Below are positions 55,693-64,000 of a stretch of DNA of 64,000 nucleotides, in pieces; position 1 is the first letter of the stretch, and every line of letters starts with the position of its first letter. Source of the DNA: Heterodontus francisci (taxonomy: Eukaryota); NCBI RefSeq assembly GCF_036365525.1, contig NC_090377.1, positions 77,547,198 through 77,611,197 of the forward strand, in the 5' to 3' direction. Position numbers and translations under genes: made by a program. Below the pieces are notes generated by a model. That model did not search any database. It was given only the letters and a program-made list of their open reading frames with translations, and had not been told where the DNA came from.

Positions 55693-56064
55693 GTCAGTAA
55701 ATTATCTCGGAAACCTGTAGCTGATGATTAATTATCAAGTCTACAGTAGCACGTGGGCCTTCTGTAAGATTCATTCAAAGCAGTAATTTTGTGTTAACCC
55801 TTTCATAGACAGAGTCAATGTATTGAGACGAAGTGACCCGTATGCGTAAAGTGCAATGCTGTTCGAATCGTCTCGCCTACCGTTATTTAATTCTGGTTCA
55901 TTTCAATGCCATTAATTGTGCTTGAGCACTAACATTGAGAACTGAATCATTCTCAATACCTCTTTCGGGGAAAAGAGTGGCACAGTTAAGGGAATAAGTT
56001 AACCAACTAATATGTGCATTCCACTAAAATATTGTGCCCAACTATATTGTGTGTCTTTTTGCAG

Positions 56065-56429
56065 CGAGAACAACTGACTATGGAGTCCCCAGCCCTACCA
56101 GCACAGCGCGTACAAATTTCACCACCAAACAGCTGACGGAACTGGAGAAAGAATTCCATTTTAATAAATACTTAACACGCGCCAGGCGTGTAGAAATAGC
56201 TAACGCACTACAACTCAGTGAAACCCAGGTGAAAATCTGGTTCCAGAACAGGAGGATGAAACAAAAGAAAAGGGAGAGAGATGGCTTCCTTGCCAATTTG
56301 GCTTCTGTGAACTGTAGTCAGGACTCACCGTCCGCAGAAAGTTCGGATAAATCGGACACTACCTCACCTTTGCCTTCTCCATCAACAAAGAGTTCGTCAG
56401 AGAATCCAAACTTTGTTGAACCGAAGTAA
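56065..56429 (+). CDS. hoxd1: HoxD1 coding exon 2 (homeobox); full protein about 309 aa
   Basis: Acceptor tttttgcag|cg. Reads [60 protein letters not shown], with TAA at 56427-56429. Confidence 0.95.
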
Positions 56430-58414
56430 CTGTTTGAGGAATCGGTCTTAACTTTCAACATATTTCTGATGGAAAATATTGGAATCATTTAGCACATGAC
56501 AAAGTTTTCACCTTTATTCTATCAAGTTACCGGCAGGTGATGCAGACTCGATTATTTGTTTATATTGGTTTGAGATGATTTTAACTTCTGTAAAATATTG
56601 AAATGGACTCGAGGGGTTTGGTCAGTTTATACTTTGACCTGGAATGTGCATCAACAAAAACGCCATTAACAGTTAAGTACAAAGGTGAAACAAAATGTAT
56701 CACTCAACTAGTGTGAAAAAAGTTTCCTTTCTTAACACGTTTGCACAGGCCGTGAGTCAGCCATTGTAAATAAAATCTCAACAATAACAGGCTGCCACAA
56801 CTTGCCAGGTTTTTCTTTATACTGCCTTGCTGAGACTGTTACTTGCGTAAAGTAAATTGTTTACATGTACTGTATTTTTTATTGATTTATGTGTGATGAC
56901 ATTGACGAATGTAACGTAGCATGTTCAACATAGCTCCTCAATGAGTGGAGTTTGCACAATTATGCCTCAGGTTGAAAGGTTGCGGTTGCTGCTATGTAAC
57001 ACTGTGCCTATTCTTTCACTAGTAAATATGTTACTTGGCTACTCTACCTCTGTGATACTTACCAATGTATATTGAAGACTGGTCATGTTATATTCTGCTC
57101 TATTATGAACTGACTTAAAAGCTTGTAATTTAATCTATTCGTCATCAGAAACGGTTTGTTAGCTTTAATAACTGTGATAATACAAAATATTGTCCAATGG
57201 TAAGAACGTGCAAAGGCAGTGGAATAAAATATATCAGAATACATTTAACGCTTTCAAACTTCTCGACTTTTCTGTAAGTACAGCACCGAATTGGACTCAA
57301 GGGTTTGGCCAAGACATTCACTTTGATATGGAATGTACATCATGGAAAAACTTAACAGTTCAGTGCAAAGGTGAACCAAGATGTAGGACTCTGCACTGAT
57401 ACAGAAAAGAAGCAAGAAGGCTGTAGTCTCCCACTTTCAGTTGAATCTTGGTCATTTTACAATATTGTAGCTCAATCAGCCAGTGATTTTATGATTCTGT
57501 TATTAAAATGTGGTTGGTTGCCTGAAGTTGAAATGAGAGACTTGAACGTTTATCATTTCTTGCCATTTCTGTTACTAACTTCAGTTTAATCAAAAATATT
57601 TTTGAAGACTATATTTAGTGACAGCTCTCTGTTCTCTAAAGCCAGGAAAGAGAAACAGGCCTTTGCATTATTAACAAGTTATAATGAGTCCACTTGGATT
57701 AAACATCTTTGCTCAGCAACTTTCTACCCAATGATCAATACGAGAGGGAAAACATTTATTCAACTTCCTAAATCAATTTAACAAAAGATGTTCATATTTG
57801 AGATGCATGTGCTCTGCTGAATTTCTCTGCATCTTCCCATATCACACAGCTTTAGCCACAAGCTACGTCTCATTGGTATTGGACAGGAGAATAAGTCAAA
57901 CAGTGGTAGATGTTTAATTGACTTCAGAAAAAAATCTTCATCATTCCATGAAGAGAACTAAAATATAAAAAATTGCAAAATATAAATGTATTTTGCTGCT
58001 TAATCATAAACATCAGCTGCATAATTTGTCAACATCATACTCGCAGTTTGAAATGACTGTTTCCATGTTTAACTTACTATAGCCGTATTTGAATTATAAT
58101 TCCTTCTGATGACTTGCGCCAATGTTGTCCCTAGTTTACAGGTCTAACTACGTTTACAGCTGACCGTTGGTGACTTCTGTACTGATTTAAGGCTCGTTCA
58201 GCCTTCACGTTAGCACAGCGATTTAATCAGCCAATTGAACTTTTGTTACAAATCATCCTGGTTGGTTTTTCTAGATAATAATAGTAATAATAGTAATTTC
58301 GAGCAATCAGTTACTGGTTCATCGATATGTTTGACTTAACCTGAATTTGAACCCATACTCTAACGGTGGGAAATAGATGCTGTAGTTCAGACTTAGTAAA
58401 AGAAAAGGCTGGGA

Positions 58415-58515
58415 GAACCTGTTTGTGTTTAACGCGCGTTTGATGATCTCAGGACGCCCTAAAGCGCTTTGCAGCCAATGAAGTACTTTTGAAGTGTAAT
58501 CACGTAATGTAGGAA
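58415..58515 (-). mobile_element. Ancient Deu-type SINE fragment (SacSINE1/AmnSINE1-like)
   Basis: CTCAGGACGCCCTAAAGCGCTTTGCAGCCAATGAAGTACTTTTGAAGTGTA resembles the reverse complement of the Deu-SINE 3' region, as recalled. Confidence 0.6.
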
Positions 58516-59599
58516 TGACAGAATAAGTTTGTACAAAAGTCAACATATTTTTCAACCAGTAAATTAAGTTAAACCCGGCTTTACATAACCTAGTTAGGAT
58601 CAATGCATATACAATATATACAAAATCCTATTTTTAGGCTTCACTTTAAAATTTGTTGAAAAATTGGGCTGTAGTTTTTTTTAGGAGGCAATGAAAGCTG
58701 ACCACTAACGATTCAACACGAATCACTTCAATTTTGATCATCTGTTAGGTTTTGACATTTGCTTTTCTGTATTTGTGTATGACTACAAAGGGGTAACTCA
58801 TAACTCATAATGTGCATATTCCAGATAAACCACATTTTGGACAACAAAAGGGAGCGACACAAATGAACAAGCCTATATTTTTCTTTCGGCCATTTGGTCT
58901 TAACAACTTAGTGTTAATTACAGTTCCACTAAAATAACACATAGCAGTCCCCGAGAAGCGGTATTTCAAAGAACTGCTGCAGTCATAAAGTTTACAATGA
59001 CCTCCCTGGGAATCAGCCTGGAGATCTTTGATATGGAATCCGCGATTCTTTGATGGTGGTTCGCAATGAACAATCGTTATACTCTTCTGTACCCAGAAAA
59101 GATGTGTTTTATCTAAAACCTGACTGCACATAATGTTTATTTAGCTTTTAGGCAGTGGCACATGTTGCACGCAGGCCAGGCGATTGGTTTGAAAACTTGA
59201 TATTTTTGAGAGTATAAATAAATAATGCTAGGTTACGCCTCGGGAAATGGCATATCCTGGTGCGATTGCATGTTATAAACTTGCATGTCTTTTGTCTTGT
59301 CCCTTGCTGTTAGGCGCCTATTGTTCGCTTTTATGTCATCATACCTCTGATCCCAGTCGTGATTATTCCCCAAAGCCCCTGAAGACGTGGGGGATGCCAG
59401 GGATTTTATTAGCACAATACGAAAACTGTTCGTAACTGTGACTGTATTGTAAGGGTCACAATAGTCGTTTGCACTTGTTTGATATCCAGTTTTACTTCTG
59501 CCCAGAGCGGAAGGACTATTCAATATTTACTCTGCCTGAAAGGGGTTGTGTAAGGGTGAACCATAGCAGGCATCCCACCGATCCCACCCCCAAGAACCA

Positions 59600-59616
59600 G
59601 GTTCACTGAAAGTTCA
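59600..59616 (+). promoter_or_regulatory. DR5 RARE 3' of HoxD1
   Basis: GGTTCA ctgaa AGTTCA, a perfect DR5 about 3.2 kb downstream of the HoxD1 stop. Confidence 0.8.
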
Positions 59617-61390
59617 TGAGAAAAAAACGATCCAGATCGATCCTTAGTCTTCTACGATTTCTGTTGCGATCAATGTATTAGTACAATTTTTTAAAATAAC
59701 AGGCATGAAATATATGCTTGTTCTCCCTCCCCTCCAAAAAAACTCGCTTTTAACGTTTGAATCAATAAATTAAGGTAATGCACACATCTCATCATTAGAT
59801 AGCCTTAAAGGTCAAAGTTCACTGTAGTACTGCATAAATGAATAATTAATGTAACTTTATGGCTGACGCACAATTAATATGCCACTAATCCATTGCGTTC
59901 GTGGCAAATAATAAGGACGTACCATTTATGGGCTGTTCCCTGAAATCTGTTATTCTGCTGCTTGTACCCTATAATTTTTTCTCTAAATTATAATGTATTG
60001 AAAGAGTAACTATTTTATTCCAGATTTCGTTTGTTGCAATAAAAAAACATATATAAATATATGAACTGCATTTTGGAGCAGCAGGCTTTTTTTATTTGGC
60101 TGCAGTGACATTTTCACACAGTGTTGCATAGAAAGCATGCTGCTGCCAAAGATAATACAAAATAGAAGCTCAATGACACAGGCAACACTGCAACAGCACT
60201 CATAAAATCATTCCATACCAGGCATTTTCCGTTTTGCGTCAAGTTTTTCAGTTTGCCCTAGAAATATGTAACGAATATAAACACTATCTGGGCGTTCCCA
60301 ACAGTGAAAATAATTGATAGGTGTGGGAGCAGCTCTAAGTCAATTAGAACAATGGGCGGGGCGCTGATGCGCAGTAGCAGTATCTCATTGGTTTAACATG
60401 CAGATTATCCATAAAATGAATGCCGACGAATAACATTTGTCGCTTGTTTATTTTGGTATTTATCTAAATTTTAATTGTCACCGGATTGAGGCACTCTTTG
60501 AATAATTGGCTATTGTATTGTGCTCCTCAGTGATCATTTCACATACATTTGCTCCAAGTAAATTCAGGATGCAGGAAATTCAACTTGTTGACACAGAAAT
60601 CGAATCGCAAAAAAGAAACACGGTTCGCGATAAGTTTTATATTTAAATATGTTAAAATAGACTGACATTAATACTTTGTGTGCTTACAGAAAACTGGAAA
60701 AATTCAATCCCACCAATTACAGTCTATTACACTAGCTCGGTAGGTTACAGTTCCTAACAGGGCGGTGTGAAATTGTTTCATTGCGTGGTCTTCGTAAAAA
60801 TCTATCGAATTGAAGTGACTCTTCAGTACAGTTGTAACACTGTTAGACAATGTAATCCAATGTAAAGCGAAAAACTCCTGATCCTACGTATTATATAACT
60901 GTCTTATCTGATGTTTCTGAACTTTTCCTTCAACAGACTAGTCATTATGTGTTTTTAATAGAACTGGCAACGAGAAAATAAATATAAACGCCGGCTACAT
61001 ATATTAATCAGTACATTTTTGTATTACAGTGAACAGTCGAACAGCTGCTCAATTTCAATATTGTACGAGCATTCAAAATTACATTTAACAATTTGCTTTC
61101 TATTTGTAGCTGTACCTTTGAAATACACTTTTCCTGAAGGAAAAAGTCAACTCGAAACTAGATAGGAGTTAACCTTTGCGAATTAGCACATTATGAATTG
61201 TTTTCCTATAAAATATTGTCAGTAAGTTTAGCCCTGTGTGGATTATTAGACTAGAGGTCATATAAACAGAAACATGTAATTTTGATCAGGCTCTGTAACT
61301 AACAGTAAGGACATGACTGAAAACCGATGCTATACATTGTCTATATACGGCTGTTCCTTATGATACTAGTCTCGGGCATATGTTTCGTTA

Positions 61391-61528
61391 AGCTCTGAAG
61401 AAGAGTCACTGACCTGAAACGTTAACTCTGCTTCTCTCTCCACAGATGCTGCCAAACCTGCTGAGTATTTCCAGCATTTCTTGTTTTCATTTCAGATTTC
61501 CAGCATCCGCAGTATTTTGCTTTTATGT
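61391..61528 (+). mobile_element. Shark retroelement relic (Penelope-like terminal repeat) with hammerhead-like core
   Basis: CTGAAGAAGAGTCACTGACCTGAAACGTTAACTCTGCTTCTCTCTCCACAGATGCTGCC...CCTGCTGAG...TCCAGCA, recalled as a common chondrichthyan repeat. Confidence 0.6.
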
Positions 61529-62523
61529 TTCGTTAATTCGCTCCATTTTACCTTTTGGAACACATGTATTGTATATGAGGCTTACTAGTCGTAAGAAACA
61601 TTATGTATCTTTTAGGGCTGAGGTTCAGGATTACGTTTCTAAGAAAATGACTATAAATGTATTATACTTTCTTCCTGAGCCAAAATAGTTTTTAAAACAT
61701 CCATCGCCATTTGTTAGTAGATTGTTATATTCTGGATTCGTTCTGCAAAAATCAACAATTATGAAAATGACTAGTTAATGTGCCACGACCATCACAAGCT
61801 TCAGTTGTTATTGGTATGTTGCATTGTAGTAAACGAGTAGGAGAGAATTGCAACATCTGCTGCTGGGATTTGTTCAGATATTTTACAGTAACAGGTACAG
61901 AATTAGTAACAATAAAAGATTTCTACCTATGTATTAAAATTCAGTTTAGTCCAAGCTAGAGGCATGCCTTGACAAATAAACCTAAATTTACAAGAATATG
62001 TTAACTTTGGTTAAAGACTGATGTCAACTACAGACGAAATGAGTGAATATGTACAAACAGTATATTTAATAATTCGTTAAAATCGACAAATCCTAAGAAA
62101 ATACAGGTCACGCAAAACTGATACGTATTCTAAACATGCTGAAGTTTGTAAGAAACGTTTGGCAGTGGAGTTATATTTAGTATAACCATTTTCTTTACGT
62201 AAAAGTATTTGGATTCTATATAGCAGAGGGTTAAAATCTTATATTGAATCAAGTATATTCCGATCATGTATGGATTAATCTAAATTTTACTGTGTGTACT
62301 TACTGTAACCACGTTCCTCCCGACAATCAGCTTAATATCTGCTAAATGCAAAATAGTAAGTTTCACACTTCCATTCTTCCTTTTGCAAGGTTAATGCGTT
62401 GATTCTCAATATGCCAGGAGCTAACTGCAGTAAATCTTGCGATCGATACGCTTTAATGAGACACACATCAAAAAATCACTGCATACTTTGTATATGCCCC
62501 TCTCTAACAAACGTTTATTTAGT

Positions 62524-62800
62524 TTTATTTAGAGATACAGCACTGAAACAGGCCCTTCGGCCCACCGAGTCTGTGCCGACCATCAACCACCCATTTTATA
62601 CTAATCCTACGCTAATTCCATATTCCTACCACATCCCCACCTGTCCCTATATTTCCCTACCACCTACCTATACTAGGGGCAATTTATAAAGGCCAATTTA
62701 CCTATCAACCTGCAAGTCTTTGGCATGTGGGAGGAAACCGGAGCACCCGGAGGAAACCCACGCAGACACAGGGAGAACTTGCAAACTCCACACAGGCAGG
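62524..62800 (-). mobile_element. HE1-like V-SINE, 5'-truncated
   Basis: V-SINE core TGTGGGAGGAAACCGGAGCACCCGGAGGAAACCCACGCAGACACAGGGAGAAC.TGCAAACTCCACACAG plus a LINE-derived tail shared with the copy at 40476-40581. Confidence 0.88.
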
Positions 62801-63026
62801 ACCCTGTTAACAGAAGTTCACAAGAGGTTACAACGCTTCCGTATGTTCCCGCAGAGATTTAACAATTTTAAAAATCGGATATATTTTGTCTGATCCGACC
62901 TAATTGAATTACAGAGAAACAATGTAATTAAATTGCAAGAGACACCGATTCGATTAATCTCGAGCCTACTGTGTGTGCTACCAAAAATTCGAGTGTAAGA
63001 ATAGTTCACAATCAATGGCAAAAATA

Positions 63027-63066
63027 AATGGGCTGAATGGCCTACTCCTGCTCCAATGTTCCTATG
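63027..63066 (+). mobile_element. CR1-type LINE/SINE 3' tail fragment
   Basis: ATGGGCTGAATGGCCTACTCCTGCTCCAATGTTCCTATG, similar to the GGGCCGAAGGGCCT tail of the other copies. Confidence 0.6.
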
Positions 63067-63567
63067 GCTTCATAATTGTTTTGAGCGAAATGATCACTTG
63101 GGAATCGAAAACAATATTTTTTGGAGTAAAGGAGGTGAACAAGATCCGATCTACTCGCCATTTTTTACTACTTGCCGTTTTAAATAATCTATCCATGTCT
63201 CCTTTCTATGCAAGTATAAACATTGGCTAAAATTTGCATGTTTCAATAATTATTATACAATTCACTCCCAAATATAGCGTTCCGGTTCACAAACAGGCAC
63301 GAAACAAGAAATTGCATTTATTTTACTCGCCAATTTCAATTAGGGTCTACAAGTTATTTTGAATTATATACTTAATCTTAAATGAAGTGTTACCTCAATT
63401 ACTATCAAACTATGCCGGGCTAGCCCATATTTCGTGAGAACATCACCGACCTTTTGTTTGTGTGGCATGTTTAAGTGTTTTAACACACTTAAAGTAGTGA
63501 ATGCATCAACCTGTCAATTCATATACCAAACATCATATATTCCATGAAACACGTGAAGTTTTGTGTA

Positions 63568-63770
63568 GGGACTGGTTGGTCTAGTTGATTAGACACTGAC
63601 CTTTCACCTGTGGGACCTAGGCTCAAATTCAGCGCTGTCAGATGAGTATGTAAGGGCCCTAGCTGAAGCGAGTTTGGGCAGTTTCAATCTCGTATCCAGT
63701 TGCCACGGATCTACAGCACAGAACTGTCTCTAATTCGGTACTAATTGGCAGCCTCACTCAGAAAGGGCAC
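63568..63770 (+). mobile_element. LF-SINE-like tRNA-derived ancient SINE
   Basis: tRNA-like head GGGACTGGTTGGTCTAGT...CCTTTCACCT...GGCTCAAATTCAGC and body motif GGTACTAATTGGCAGCCTCA. Confidence 0.55.
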
Positions 63771-64000
63771 CTATCTCGTGTGCGAAATGGAGAAACAAGT
63801 CATGTCAGTGTAACAGAGCATGTTGTAGGGACAAAATCGCGCGAAGCTTTATATCCGACCAGTAAGTGCTTGATACTGATACTGGATGCCTAAAGTGAAA
63901 ACAATTCAATCCCCAGCACAAAGATATAATTTAAAACAAAAAGTCAGCTTTTATTTCCGGGTTCTGATTTATATATGTGCTTCTTAATGACTGTCATAAA

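Noticed and set aside
62399-62689. 96-aa ORF
   Set aside because: It runs through the SINE in antisense and has no coding features.

Overview
This is the anterior (3') two-thirds of a vertebrate HoxD cluster, all on the + strand: HoxD8 - [no intact Hox7/Hox6] - HoxD5 - miR-10 - HoxD4 - HoxD3 - HoxD2 - HoxD1, then about 7.5 kb of 3' flank. Intact HoxD5 and HoxD2 plus shark-type SINE fragments point to a cartilaginous fish; I cannot fix the species. All six Hox genes have two coding exons, a phase-1 GT-AG intron and a CDS length divisible by 3. Recognisable regulatory features include four DR5 RAREs, a CTCF motif upstream of Hox5, the Hox4 intron element and a near-perfect miR-196 site in the HoxD8 3'UTR. 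The most interesting unexplained signals are: (1) an orphan promoter and first exon at about 7.0-7.47 kb followed by a chain of micro-exons (24, 14, 27, 36 and about 35 nt) across 29 kb that can be joined into a 44-57 aa ORF upstream of HoxD3; (2) a decayed HoxD7 relic and a weaker possible HoxD6 relic; (3) HoxA1/HoxB1/HoxB2-like hindbrain enhancer motifs next to HoxD1 and HoxD2; (4) a hammerhead-like motif in a retroelement relic just outside the cluster. Comparisons with other species are from memory and need alignment to confirm.
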